DNA of 64,000 bases from an uncultured Gemmatimonadales bacterium (GCA_963779755.1 CAVZZO010000001.1:1952001-2016000), one strand, 5' to 3'. Shown: positions 47,040-63,632, counted from the first letter of the stretch. The notes: a model not told the origin generated them from the sequence alone. A program made the numbers and translations.

Positions 47040-48332
47040 TCACCCGAGTGCCGCGCGCCGGCGTTCCAGCTCGCCGGCCAGGAGGGCGCGCGTCTCTTCC
47101 GGCACGCCGGTGGCACGCGCCTGCCGCTCCCAGCCGGCCACCGCGGCAATCGCCTGGTCGATGACCTTCCCGGCCCCCTTCACGGCGAACTGGTGTCCCA
47201 CCGACAGCAGGTCGGTGCGGGTGATGCCCTCGCGCTTGTCGGCCACCCGCATCTGGTGCCGGCTGGTGAAGCCGTGGCCGCGGGCGAAGGTGATGTCGTA
47301 GGCCGGCGCCAGCCGCCAGCTCCCCTCCGGGGTCATCTGGAAGGACAGGTTCTTCACGTGGTCGTCCTGGTTGACCGCGACGACGTTGAACACCATGCGA
47401 CGGTAGCCCTGCTCCACCGCGGCGGGCGGCAGACCCAGTCGCAGGACGGTGCGCAGGTATTCCTCGTAACTGCTCGCACCCGCGTCGTTATAGTCGAGGT
47501 GGAGCAGACCGCCCAGCGTGTGCTGATGCAGCCGGGTACCGTCCGGGTCCAGGTCGAACCGGCGGATGAGCAGGTGGGCGTAACCGCCGGCCCCTTCCAG
47601 CACTTCGACATGCGCCATGTCCACCCCGGCCTCCCCGGCCATGCGGGCGTAGGCCGCTTCGATCCGGTTGTAGGGGGCCGGTTGTTCCAGATGATCCCGC
47701 CGCAGCGCGTCGCCCACGCCGTCGAACTTGATGATGTACGGCTCATCCCCGGCCTGCGGTGTGGCATAGCCCGAGCGGATCCGGCCTGATGGGCGGTTGT
47801 ACAGGACCAGGGCCTTGGGCCGCATGCCGCCGGCCGAGGAGCCGATGCGGTAGATCTCCGGCACCGCCACGTCGGGTTTCCCTTCGATCACCTTGCGGGC
47901 GTCGCGCACCAGGGCGGCCACCTCCAGCGACTCCTGTTCGGCGGGGCGGCCCGGCAGCTGCACCTCGGGATGGTAGGTGAGGGCGCCGATGGCCCGCCGG
48001 CCGACGTAGAGCAGGCGCTGCACCGGGGACATGGCGCGCTCGGTCTGCCCGCGGGCGGTGTAGAAGGCCCGGATCACCAGGTTGCCGAAGGAATCGGGCA
48101 GGGAATCGGCGAAGACGCCGGGCAGGCCGTTGAAGGCCTCCTTGCGGCGCAGCTCGTCAAAGGAAACCGCCTGCGCGAGTGACAGCGGGAGGTGCAGGGG
48201 GGAGATCTCCAGCCCGCTGCGGCGGAAGGCGGGATCGTACTCGAAGACGATGCGACCGTCGTCCATTTCGGCGACCGCGCCAACCGTGCGGTCCCAGAGC
48301 CGGACTTCCGCCAGGCAGCGTACCTCAGGCAT
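47040..48332 (-). CDS. hipA: HipA-family kinase toxin
   Basis: DSLPDSFGN, GSSAGGMRPK, RRFD, NQDDHVKNLSF and LAPAYD motifs. Confidence 0.92.
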   Translation of the reverse strand: MPEVRCLAEVRLWDRTVGAVAEMDDGRIVFEYDPAFRRSGLEISPLHLPLSLAQAVSFDELRRKEAFNGLPGVFADSLPDSFGNLVIRAFYTARGQTERAMSPVQRLLYVGRRAIGALTYHPEVQLPGRPAEQESLEVAALVRDARKVIEGKPDVAVPEIYRIGSSAGGMRPKALVLYNRPSGRIRSGYATPQAGDEPYIIKFDGVGDALRRDHLEQPAPYNRIEAAYARMAGEAGVDMAHVEVLEGAGGYAHLLIRRFDLDPDGTRLHQHTLGGLLHLDYNDAGASSYEEYLRTVLRLGLPPAAVEQGYRRMVFNVVAVNQDDHVKNLSFQMTPEGSWRLAPAYDITFARGHGFTSRHQMRVADKREGITRTDLLSVGHQFAVKGAGKVIDQAIAAVAGWERQARATGVPEETRALLAGELERRRAALG

Positions 48333-48627
48333 CGGGACGCCCCTTTCCGGCCTTCTTTGCCTGGCGCAGAAGGGCGATGGGGCTCACCTCCGGTGCCGGG
48401 ATGAACGCATCCAGCGCACCCAGACGGCCGTAGACCCGGAGCATGCGGATGATGGTGAGCAGGGTGGGGTTCTGGCCCTGTTCCGCTCGCGCCACCGTCT
48501 GGCGCGTGAGCCCGGCCTGCCGGGCAACCTCCTGCTGCTGGCGCGATCCCCGGAGTGCCCGCAGCCGGCGGCCAATATTCTGGAGGATCTCCGGGTCGGC
48601 CATTTCGGTGAATGATGTATTTGGCAT
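48325..48627 (-). CDS. XRE-family HTH protein, HipB-like antitoxin
   Basis: IGRRLRALR..QQEVARQAGLTRQTVARAEQG HTH. Overlaps hipA by 8 bp. Confidence 0.85.
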   Translation of the reverse strand: MPNTSFTEMADPEILQNIGRRLRALRGSRQQQEVARQAGLTRQTVARAEQGQNPTLLTIIRMLRVYGRLGALDAFIPAPEVSPIALLRQAKKAGKGRPDA

Positions 48628-48999
48628 ATCCCGCGTTCCGGGCCGGGGAAGTTCGATACAAAGCACAGAAGGAATGTACTCGGAAGCCATCTGGAAGACA
48701 AGTCATCTGTGGATGATATATCAAACTTATATGGCTATTACTAGCACATAAGTTATATATATTTTGCTCATCGACGCGCATGGAGCGGGACTCGGAACCT
48801 GGTCTCCTCTGCCGCACCGGCTCCCGCCACTGGCTGCTGCCGGACGGGGCGCCGGGGACCACGCCGGTGGCCGCCGGAATCCATCGCTGCTTCGGTGACG
48901 TGCTGGTGGTCACTTCATCTCCGGCATTCCGGCGAAACCATGCAGTGCCGGAGCGTCCGCTCCGGCGAGCGGGGGGAGGCACCACAACCGGGAGCGCGC

Positions 49000-49323
49000 A
49001 TGGCCGGGGAGGGCAGGCAGGAGCTGAATCGCCAATTGGGCCAGCTGGAGGATCAGATGCCGGACCGGCTTGCCCGCTTCATCGAATGGTTGCGGCATCC
49101 CTCCTCCCGCTGGGTGCGGATTCCCCTTGCCATCATCTGCATCGGCGCCGGCTTCCTGGGCTTCCTTCCCATCCTCGGCTTCTGGATGTTGCCCCTGGGG
49201 GTGCTGCTGCTGGCGCAGGATATCCCCTTTCTGCGGAAGCCGACCGCCCGGGCCCTGGAGCGGGTGGAAGACACCTGGGGCGAGCTCAAGCAGAAATGGC
49301 GGGAGCGGAAACGCGGCCATTGA
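49000..49323 (+). CDS. Small hypothetical membrane protein
   Basis: GGAG SD. Hairpin TM segment RIPLAIICIGAGFLGFLPILGFWMLPLGVLLLAQDIP. Confidence 0.75.
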   Translation: MAGEGRQELNRQLGQLEDQMPDRLARFIEWLRHPSSRWVRIPLAIICIGAGFLGFLPILGFWMLPLGVLLLAQDIPFLRKPTARALERVEDTWGELKQKWRERKRGH

Positions 49324-49377
49324 GGCGCGCGTGGAGAAAGGCAGGGCTCACCCGACCGATTGCGAAGGAGTCGATCA

Positions 49378-51057
49378 ATGGGAAACGATCCCCATCAGCC
49401 TCATATCGACGATCTCTGGTACAAGAACGCCATTATCTACTGCCTCGATGTCGAAAAATACATCGACGCAAATGGCGATGGCATTGGAGACTTTGCCGGC
49501 CTGACCCGGCGGCTGGATTACCTCGCCGGCCTGGGCGTCACCTGCCTGTGGCTGCAGCCGTTCTATCCCTCTCCCAATCGCGACAACGGCTACGACGTCT
49601 CCGATTATTACGGGGTGCACCCCAAACACGGCACCCTGGGGGAGTTCGTGGAGTTCATGAACCACGCACAGCAGATCGGCCTGCGGGTGATCGTCGACCT
49701 GGTCGTCAATCATACCTCCGAACGGCATCCCTGGTTTCGCGCCGCGCGGAAGGACCCCGCTTCGTACTACCGGGACTGGTACGTATGGTCGACGACGCGG
49801 CCGGCCGACTGGAACAAGGGGGTGGTGTTTCCGGGCGTGCAGAAAGCGACCTGGAGCCGTGATCCCGTGGCCGGCGAGTATTACTTCCACCGGTTCTATG
49901 ACTTTCAACCGGACCTCAACACCGGCAATCCTGCGGTGCAGCAGGAAATCATGCGCATCATGGGGTTCTGGCTGCAGCTTGGCGTGTCCGGATTCCGGAT
50001 GGACGCCGTGCCGTTTCTGATCGAAGCCAAAGGGGCGGGTGTCGCCCCGCGCAAGCATTACGACATGCTCCACCTGCTGCGCGACTTCCTCCAGTGGCGC
50101 CGGCGGGACGCCATCCTGCTCGCGGAGGCCAATGTGCCTCCCGCCGAGAGCATGCACTACTTCGGCGACAGCGGCGACGACCTGCAGATGATGCTGAACT
50201 TTCCGGTCAACCAGCGGCTGTTCTATGCCCTCGCCACCGGGGATATCCGACCCCTGGTGCGAGCGCTGGAGGCCACCTACCAGCGGCCGCCGGCGGCACA
50301 ATGGGTGAATTTTCTTCGCAGCCATGACGAGCTGGATCTCGGCCGCCTGACGGACCGGCAGCGCGAGCGCGTGTTTGAGGCCTTCGCGCCGGCCAAAGAG
50401 ATGCGATTGTACCAGCGCGGGATCCGGCGCCGGCTGGCGCCGATGCTCGACAACGACCGCAGCAAGCTGGAGCTGGCCTTCAGTCTGCTGTTCACGTTGC
50501 CCGGCACCCCGATGCTGCAGTTCGGCGATGAAATCGGCCTGGGTGACGACCTCTCCCTTCCGGAACGGGAGTGCGCCCGGACGCCGATGCAGTGGTCCAG
50601 CGCGGAGCACGGCGGCTTCACCACCGGCAAGCCCGTAGCACCGGTCATCGCGGACCCGATCTACGGATATCAGCGCGTCAGTGTCGAAGCCCAGCGTCGC
50701 GACCCGCATTCGCTGCTGAACTGGATGGAACGAAAGATCCGGATGCGCAAGGAATGCCCGGAGATCAGCTGGGGCGACTGGAAGATCCTGAAGACCGATC
50801 AACCCGGGGTGCTGGTGATGCGGTATCAGTGGGATGACCGCACCCTGGTGACGCTGCACAACTTGACGGCCAAGCCGCGGGCGGTCGTGCTCGATCGGTC
50901 GGCCGTGGGCGCCGACACCGGCAGCGGCACGCTCGTCGATCTGCTCGCCACCAACGACAGCCACGCCGACGAGAGCGGCCGCTACGCCATCCAGCTTCAG
51001 CCGCATGACTATCGCTGGCTGCGCGCCGGCGGCATCGAGCTCAGCGTCCGGCCATGA
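49378..51057 (+). CDS. GH13 trehalose synthase (TreS)-like alpha-glucosidase
   Basis: WYKNAIIY, DGIGDF, DLVVNHTS, FRMDAVP (Asp), AEAN (Glu), SHDELDL (Asp) and GIRRRLAPML motifs. AAGGAG SD. Confidence 0.88.
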   Translation: MGNDPHQPHIDDLWYKNAIIYCLDVEKYIDANGDGIGDFAGLTRRLDYLAGLGVTCLWLQPFYPSPNRDNGYDVSDYYGVHPKHGTLGEFVEFMNHAQQIGLRVIVDLVVNHTSERHPWFRAARKDPASYYRDWYVWSTTRPADWNKGVVFPGVQKATWSRDPVAGEYYFHRFYDFQPDLNTGNPAVQQEIMRIMGFWLQLGVSGFRMDAVPFLIEAKGAGVAPRKHYDMLHLLRDFLQWRRRDAILLAEANVPPAESMHYFGDSGDDLQMMLNFPVNQRLFYALATGDIRPLVRALEATYQRPPAAQWVNFLRSHDELDLGRLTDRQRERVFEAFAPAKEMRLYQRGIRRRLAPMLDNDRSKLELAFSLLFTLPGTPMLQFGDEIGLGDDLSLPERECARTPMQWSSAEHGGFTTGKPVAPVIADPIYGYQRVSVEAQRRDPHSLLNWMERKIRMRKECPEISWGDWKILKTDQPGVLVMRYQWDDRTLVTLHNLTAKPRAVVLDRSAVGADTGSGTLVDLLATNDSHADESGRYAIQLQPHDYRWLRAGGIELSVRP

Positions 51058-51075
51058 GGCCCCGCGCGGCGCCCC

Positions 51076-55154
<4,079 letters not shown>

Positions 55155-55298
55155 CACTGTAAAGCCCTCATGCGAAGAGAACCGCGGGGCAGGTCCGCCG
55201 CGCCCCAACGTGCGCCGGGAAGTATACCCGCAGGGGGTCTACGACGCGCGGATCACCCCGGGTCATCGACGCAATCAGGTCCACGGATCACACAGGCG

Positions 55299-55326
55299 CT
55301 GAAAGCGGGACACCTCTCCGACCGGG
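55299..55326. repeat. 28-bp direct repeat, copy downstream of kdpE
   Basis: ctgaaagcgggacacctctccgaccggg, 26/28 identical to 63576-63603. Confidence 0.85.
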
Positions 55327-55353
55327 AACACAGAAAATGGCCGCGGAACCGCT

Positions 55354-56052
55354 TCACTCCGTCCGCAGCCGGTATCCGACGCCGGATTCCGTCGTCAGCA
55401 GCCGGGGGCGTGCCGGGTCCCGCTCCAGCTTGTGCCGCAGCTGGGCCATGTACACCCGGAGATACTGGGTGTGCTCGATGTAGCCCTGGCCCCAGACTTC
55501 CTTGAGCAGCTGCCGGTGGGTGACCACCTTGCCTGCATGGCGGATGAGGGTGGCCAGCAGCTTGTACTCCGTCGGCGTGAGGTGCACCTCCCGGCCGCCG
55601 AACCGCACCTCGCGCCGGCCGAGGTCCACTGTCAGGTCTCCGGCCACGAAGACCGGGTCGGGTGAGCCCCCTGGAGGCAGGGCCGCGTGCCGCAGGGCGA
55701 CGCGGATCCGGGCCAGCAGCTCCGGGACGCCGAACGGCTTGGTCAGGTAATCGTCGGCGCCGATATCCAGCGCCGCCACCTTGTCCTGCTCTCTGCCGCG
55801 TGCCGAAATGACGATGATGGGCGTGGTGGTCCACTCCCGCACCTGCCGGGTGAGCTCCAGCCCGTCCATGTCGGGCAGCCCCAGGTCCAGCAGGATGACC
55901 TCGGGGTTGCGGCCGGCCACCTGGGCCAGGCCATCCCGTCCGGTGGTGGCTTCGACCAGTTGATAGTCCAGATTCCCCAGTGCGGCGCGCAGGAACCGCC
56001 GCATCGGCGGCTCGTCCTCGATCAGAAGAATGACGGGTGGCGATCCGGACAT
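55354..56052 (-). CDS. kdpE: Response regulator KdpE
   Basis: EDE, LDLGLPD, GADDYLTKPF and YLRVYMAQLRHKLE motifs. Follows kdpD. Confidence 0.95.
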   Translation of the reverse strand: MSGSPPVILLIEDEPPMRRFLRAALGNLDYQLVEATTGRDGLAQVAGRNPEVILLDLGLPDMDGLELTRQVREWTTTPIIVISARGREQDKVAALDIGADDYLTKPFGVPELLARIRVALRHAALPPGGSPDPVFVAGDLTVDLGRREVRFGGREVHLTPTEYKLLATLIRHAGKVVTHRQLLKEVWGQGYIEHTQYLRVYMAQLRHKLERDPARPRLLTTESGVGYRLRTE

Positions 56053-56059
56053 GGCGGTC

Positions 56060-58744
56060 TCAGACCTCGGCCGCTTCGACCGGGGTATCCAGCGGGGGCG
56101 CACCGGCCAACGGGATGGCGAAGCGGAACAGCCCGCCTCCTCCCGGGCGCGGCTCCGCCCAGATCCGCCCACCATGCGCCCGGAGGATACCGCGACAGAT
56201 GGTGAGGCCGAGTCCGGTGCCGGCCGCGGCCCCGGGAGTCGAGGCCCGATGGAACTTGTCGAACACTGTCTCTTCTTCGTCCGGCGGAATCCCCGGTCCG
56301 CGGTCGGCCACGCTCACCACGATGTCCCCGCCTTCCTTGCGGGCGGTGATTTCGATGGGGGTACCCTCGGGGGTGTAGCGGGCGGCATTCTCCAGCAGAT
56401 TGATAAAGACCTGCTCCATCAGCAGGCCGTCGACCGGTACCAGGAGCATGTCGGGCAGGTGGACCTCGACCGGATGCTGCTGCAGCTGGTCGCCCAGCCG
56501 CAGCAGCGCGACCCCGATGACCTCCTCCAGCGGCAGCCATTCCTTGTGCACTCCCAGCGTGCCGGTCTCGAGCCGCATCATGTTCAGCAGGTTACCCACC
56601 AGGCGTGTCATGCGCTGCGATTCCTGCAGAATGGTCTCGGCCAGCTCCCGGCGGGCCGGCACGCCGGTGACGGCCGGATCCTGCAACAGGCTGCTGGCCG
56701 CGCCTTCGATGCTTCCGAGCGGCGTCCGCAGGTCATGGGAGAGCGAGCTGAGCAATGAGCTGCGGAGACGCTCGGCTTCGATTTCCATCTGGGCGTTGCG
56801 GTTGCGCTCCGCCAGCCGGGCCCGCTCCAGCGCAATCGCCGCCTGGCCGGCGAAGGTCTCCAGCAGGCGCCGCTGGACCGGATCGCGAAGGCGGGACGGA
56901 TCCGCGGCCCAGACACCCGCGATGCCGACGGCCCGGCCGGACACGGTGAGCGGCAGATAGAGGCCCGACGCCGCGGGAAGCGTATCGGTGCTGGCGCCGG
57001 CGGGCAGCCGGTGCTCATAGGCCCAGCGGGCCACGCTGCGTTCCTTCCAGCTCGCCAGCGGCCCCTCGCCGGGCCAGATGAGATCGCCGCCGGGGCCCGG
57101 CAGGACAATGGCGACCGTGCTGTCGAGCGTTTCCTCCATGTGGCGGCTGGCGATTCCGGCCAGGGCCTTTTCATCCGCGGTGGCGGCCAACTCGCGGCTC
57201 ATGGCATAGAGCGTCGCCGTCCGGCGCTCGCGTTCCCGGGCCGTCTCGGCCTGTCGGCGGATGCGGGCGGTGAGCCGGCTCATCACCAGCGCCACGACCA
57301 GCATCATCAGAAAACTGAGGAAATACTGGCTGTCGGAGACATCCAGGGTCCCGTAGGGCCGGACGAAGAGGAAATCGAACGCCGCGATGGTCAGGACCGA
57401 GGCGAGGACCGCGGCGGGCTGGGAGAACCTGGTGCCGACGATCACGACTTCCAGCAGGAAGAGCATCGCGACGTCGATGATCTTGAGATGCGTTCGCAGC
57501 GGCAGGAGGAGAATGGTCGTGAGCGCCACGATCCCGGCGGCCCGCACGTATTCCCGGAGCGGTGTCGCCTGCCGTGCCGGGACGAGCCGGCTCGGCAGGG
57601 CCGGGGATCCCTCGCCGGTCACCACGTACACGTCGATGGTGCCGCTCTGCCGTACCAGGGCCGTCAGCAGCCCACCCCGCAACCGCGTCCAGAGGGTGGG
57701 GCGCGCCGGTTTGCCCACGACGATCTTGGTAATGTTGTGCTGCCGTGCGTAGGACAGCACCTCATCGGCGATGCGTTCGCCCTGGACCGTGGCCGCTTCC
57801 GCGCCGAGCGACTCTGCCAGACGGAGGTGCTGGGCGACCATTTCCCGGTCGGCCGGGGACAGCCGCTCGTGCGCGGGCGATTCGACGTAGAGCGCCACCC
57901 AGGGCGCGTGCAGGCTGGCGGCCATGCTGTGGGCCGCGCGCAGAACCCTGGCGGCCACCGGGGCGGGCCCGACGCAGACCAGGAGTCGCTCGGTAGTGGG
58001 CCAGACCTCGCGGATTCCCTCCAGTCGCATGTAGCCGCGCATCTGCGCATCTACCCGCTCGGCGGTACGCCGGAGCGCCAGCTCGCGCAAGGCAATGAGA
58101 TTGCCCCGCCGGAAGAAGCGATCTACCGCCCGGGCCGCCTGCTCCGGCAAATAGACCTTGCCTTCACGCAGACGTTGCAGCAGGACATCGGGCGACACGT
58201 CCACCAGCTCGATCTCGTCGGCCCGTTCCAGCACGGCGTCCGGCACGGTCTCCCGCACGGTGACGCCGGTGATCTGGGCGACCACGTCGTTCAGGCTCTC
58301 CAGATGCTGAACGTTCATCGTGGTGTAAACGTCGATTCCGGCGCCCAGGAGCTCTTCGATGTCACCCCAGCGCTTGGTGTGGCGCGAGCCCGGGGCGTTG
58401 CTATGGGCCAGCTCGTCCACCAGCAGCAGAGCGGGCCGGCGGGCCAGGGCGGCATCGAGGTCGAACTCGAGCAGCGTCGTGCCGCGGTAGGAGAGCGCGT
58501 GACGGGGAAGGATGTCCAGACCGGCGAGCAAACGCGCGGTTTCTTCCCGGCCGTGGGTCTCGGCCAGGCCGACCAGAACGTCCACGCCGTCGGCCCGCCT
58601 GGCGCGAGCGGCCTCCAGCATGGTGTACGTCTTGCCCACGCCGGGACAGGCCCCCAGGAAGATCTTCAGCCGCCCCTGGGCGGCCCGGGTCTCCTGCGCC
58701 TGGACTTCGGCCAGCAGCAGGTCGGGATTTCCGCGCCGGTCCAT
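56060..58744 (-). CDS. kdpD: Sensor histidine kinase KdpD
   Basis: GACPGVGKTYTML, VDELAH, USP domain, 4 TMs, GAF, SHDLRTPL and GTGLGL. Confidence 0.96.
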   Translation of the reverse strand: MDRRGNPDLLLAEVQAQETRAAQGRLKIFLGACPGVGKTYTMLEAARARRADGVDVLVGLAETHGREETARLLAGLDILPRHALSYRGTTLLEFDLDAALARRPALLLVDELAHSNAPGSRHTKRWGDIEELLGAGIDVYTTMNVQHLESLNDVVAQITGVTVRETVPDAVLERADEIELVDVSPDVLLQRLREGKVYLPEQAARAVDRFFRRGNLIALRELALRRTAERVDAQMRGYMRLEGIREVWPTTERLLVCVGPAPVAARVLRAAHSMAASLHAPWVALYVESPAHERLSPADREMVAQHLRLAESLGAEAATVQGERIADEVLSYARQHNITKIVVGKPARPTLWTRLRGGLLTALVRQSGTIDVYVVTGEGSPALPSRLVPARQATPLREYVRAAGIVALTTILLLPLRTHLKIIDVAMLFLLEVVIVGTRFSQPAAVLASVLTIAAFDFLFVRPYGTLDVSDSQYFLSFLMMLVVALVMSRLTARIRRQAETARERERRTATLYAMSRELAATADEKALAGIASRHMEETLDSTVAIVLPGPGGDLIWPGEGPLASWKERSVARWAYEHRLPAGASTDTLPAASGLYLPLTVSGRAVGIAGVWAADPSRLRDPVQRRLLETFAGQAAIALERARLAERNRNAQMEIEAERLRSSLLSSLSHDLRTPLGSIEGAASSLLQDPAVTGVPARRELAETILQESQRMTRLVGNLLNMMRLETGTLGVHKEWLPLEEVIGVALLRLGDQLQQHPVEVHLPDMLLVPVDGLLMEQVFINLLENAARYTPEGTPIEITARKEGGDIVVSVADRGPGIPPDEEETVFDKFHRASTPGAAAGTGLGLTICRGILRAHGGRIWAEPRPGGGGLFRFAIPLAGAPPLDTPVEAAEV

Positions 58745-58753
58745 GGAACAAAG

Positions 58754-59376
58754 CTAGGGGATTCGGGGGCCGGCGGTGAGGGACCGCCCCTTCCGGGCAT
58801 TTCGGCGCAGGCTGTCCAGCCCCAGATTCAAGCTCAGCACATTCACCCTCGGCTCCCCCAGAATACCGAATTGCCGCCCGGTGATGTGACGGCCGATCAG
58901 TGCCCGCAGCGTGTCCGCGGCGAGTCCGGTAGCCCGGACGATGCGCGGAACCTGATAATCGGCGGCGGCTGGAGTGATGTCGGGATCCAACCCGCTGGCG
59001 GATGCCGTAAGCAGGTCCACCGGAATGGCATCGCCGGTCGCGCCGTCTCCCCGTCGGAGGGCGGCGGCGTCCTGCTGCATCCGGTTCCGCAAGACCGGAC
59101 TGGAGGGGCCCAGGTTGGAGCCGCTGGACGCGGCCGCATTATAGGCAAAGCCAGGCGTGGCCGAAGGACGGCTCCAGAAGTGCCCCGGCTGGCTGAACGC
59201 CTGCCCGATGAGCCGGGAGCCGAGCACCCTGCCGTCCCGGGTAATCAGATCGCCCGAAGCCTGCACCGGGAAGACTACTCCCCCTACCAGGCTGATGAGG
59301 GCGGGATAAACGCCGCCGGTGAGGAGCGTCAGGACCAGAAAGGCCAGCAGGGCGGGGCGGAGCTGCGCACGAAACA

Positions 59377-59377
<1 letters not shown>
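58754..59377 (-). CDS. kdpC: K+-transporting ATPase subunit C
   Basis: GSRLIGQ, SRPSA, SGSNLGP, SASGLDPDI and EPRVNVL motifs. Confidence 0.95.
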
Positions 59378-61445
<2,068 letters not shown>

Positions 61446-61449
<4 letters not shown>

Positions 61450-63188
61450 GGTCCCCGGAGCAGCAGGTGCTCCACGATGGGCCCCAGTGCGAGAGCGGGC
61501 AGGAAGGTGAGCGCCCCGATCAGGATCACCGTGCCGAGCAGGAGACCGACGAACAGCGGGCTGGCGGTGGACAAGGTTCCCGCGCCTTCAGGCACGCGCT
61601 TCTTCCGGGCGAGCGAGCCGGCGATGGCGAGGACCGGCACCATGAGCCAGAACCGCGCCAGGACCATGGCGATGGCCAGCGCCACGGCGTAGAACGGGAG
61701 ACCGGCGTTGAGGCCGGCGAAGGCGCTGCCGTTGTTGTTGCCGGCCGAGGAGAAGGCATAGAGGATTTCGCTGAACCCGTGCGGGCCGGCGTTGAACGCC
61801 CCCCCGCGGCCGGCCGGCAGCGACACGGCCGCGGCGGTGCCCAGCAGCACACAGATGGCGGGGATCAGCACCACCAGCATGGCCATCTTCACTTCGTAGG
61901 CCTCGATCTTCTTTCCCAGGAACTCGGGTGTGCGGCCCACCATGAGCCCGGCGATGAACACCGCCAGGATGCCGAAGATCAGCATCCCGTACAGGCCCGA
62001 GCCGACGCCGCCGAAGATCACCTCCCCCAGTTGCATCAGCCAGAGCGGCGCCAGGCCGCCCAGCGGGGTAAAGGAGTCGTGCATCGCATTCACCGATCCG
62101 TTGGATGCCGCGGTGGTGGCGGTGGCCCAGAGCGCGGAGTTGGCGATGCCGAAGCGGACCTCCTTGCCTTCCATGTTGCCGCCGGCTTGGAGGTCGGTCG
62201 CCCGCAGATCGGCGCCGGCGGCCGATTCCATTGCGGTACCGTGCTGCTCGGCGGCGATGGTGCCGGCGGCCAGAGGGACGAAGACGATGGTCATCGCCGC
62301 GAGGATGGCCCAGCCCTGGCGCGTATCTCCCACCATCCGGCCGTAGGTATGGCAGAGGGCAGCGGGAATGAGCAGAATCGCGAGCATCTCCAGCAGGTTG
62401 GAGAGCGGCGTGGGGTTCTCGAACGGATGCGCCGAGTTCACGCCGAAGACACCGCCGCCGTTGGTGCCCAGTTGCTTGATGGCGACCTGAGATGCCGCCG
62501 GCGCGCGGGCGATCACCTGGTGAGTCACCGTGCTGTCGCCCGCCCGCTGCGGTTCAACCAGCTCGGCCGTGGCCGGGCCCCGGAAGGTCTGCACCACTCC
62601 CTGGGAGACGAGGGCCAGGGCCAGCATGGTGGAGAGCGGGAGCAGGATGTACACGGTGCCGCGCACCAGGTCCACCCAGAAGTTGCCGATGGTTGCGGCG
62701 TTGCGCCGGGTGAACCCGCGGATGAGCGCTACCAGCACCGCCATGCCGGTGGCGGCGGACACGAAGTTCTGCACCGTGAGGCCGGCCATTTGGGTGAGAT
62801 AACTCAGCGTGGTCTCGCCGCTGTACGCCTGCCAGTTGGTGTTGGTGACGAAGCTGATCGCGGTATTGAAGGCGATGGTGGGGGCGACGCCGCCCAGGTG
62901 CGCGGGATTGAGCGGCAGGAATTGCTGCCCCCGTTGCAGCAGGTAGAGGCCGGCGAATCCGACGGCGCTGAACACCAGGACCGCGGCGGCGTAGCCTGTC
63001 CACGCCATCTCTGCGTCCGGAGCGATGCCCAGCATCCGCAACAGTGCGCGCTCCAGCCAGCCCAGGAGGCGGGTGGCCCAGAAGCCGTCGCCCTGATATA
63101 CGCGGGCCATGTAGTGGCCCAGCGGCCAGGCCAGCAGCAGCACCAGGCCGACGTAGCCGGCCAGCTGAAGCCAGTCGCGGCCGGTCAT
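61446..63188 (-). CDS. kdpA: K+-transporting ATPase subunit A
   Basis: [23 protein letters not shown] and NNNGSAF motifs. Confidence 0.97.
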
Positions 63189-63277
63189 TCGAAGGACTCT
63201 GGCTTCAACAGCGCCAGGAGGAGATAGACCAGCAGGCCCAGCGCGATGAGCCCGCTGATCCAGTCAGCGGCGGTCAC
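63185..63277 (-). CDS. kdpF: KdpF small subunit (30 aa)
   Basis: GTG start, sequence ...[16 protein letters not shown]. Stop overlaps the kdpA ATG. Confidence 0.9.
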   Translation of the reverse strand: MTAADWISGLIALGLLVYLLLALLKPESFE

Positions 63278-63357
63278 AGGCGCTCGCAGAGACGGATCAA
63301 GCTGGCGGTGCCGAAATACAGGCCGGCAGCAAGGAGGAGGAGCTGCAGATCGGTCAT
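63274..63357 (-). CDS. 27-aa hydrophobic peptide upstream of kdpF (MTDLQLLLLAAGLYFGTASLIRLCERL)
   Basis: ATG..TGA ORF encoding one TM helix. Its stop overlaps the kdpF GTG (GTGA). Confidence 0.7.
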   Translation of the reverse strand: MTDLQLLLLAAGLYFGTASLIRLCERL

Positions 63358-63411
63358 GGGGGAATAGTGGCGGCCCCGGGATCAGGGGGATGTCAGAGAC
63401 ACCGGCTGCCA

Positions 63412-63429
63412 CATCAAGAAGGCGTAAAG
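63412..63429 (-). promoter_or_regulatory. Candidate KdpE-binding tandem repeat
   Basis: Minus strand CTTTACG-CCTT-CTTGATG with an 11-bp period, upstream of the kdp operon. Confidence 0.5.
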
Positions 63430-63575
63430 GGAAGGTCAGCGGCCCTGAGCTGGGAGCGAAGATCAGTTTTCGAGGTGCCGCGAGGCCTTCGCGGGCCCTC
63501 AGCTTATCAGTTCAGCTTCGCGTGGGTGAGGCCGCTGTGCGCGCCGATCCGGGGTGATGTACCTGCTGAACGGCC

Positions 63576-63603
63576 CTGAAAGCGAAACACCTCTCCGACC
63601 GGG
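63576..63603. repeat. 28-bp direct repeat, copy between tRNA-Val and the kdp leader
   Basis: ctgaaagcgaaacacctctccgaccggg. Confidence 0.85.
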
Positions 63604-63632
63604 TGGTCGAAGAGGCGCAGGAACGTAGGCGA

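Noticed and set aside
63360..63630. c-di-AMP or glycine riboswitch in the kdp leader
   Set aside because: Conserved c-di-AMP elements were not found by eye. GGAGAG...CTTTCAGG is too closely spaced and lacks the CCGAAG core of a glycine aptamer. An Infernal scan would be decisive.
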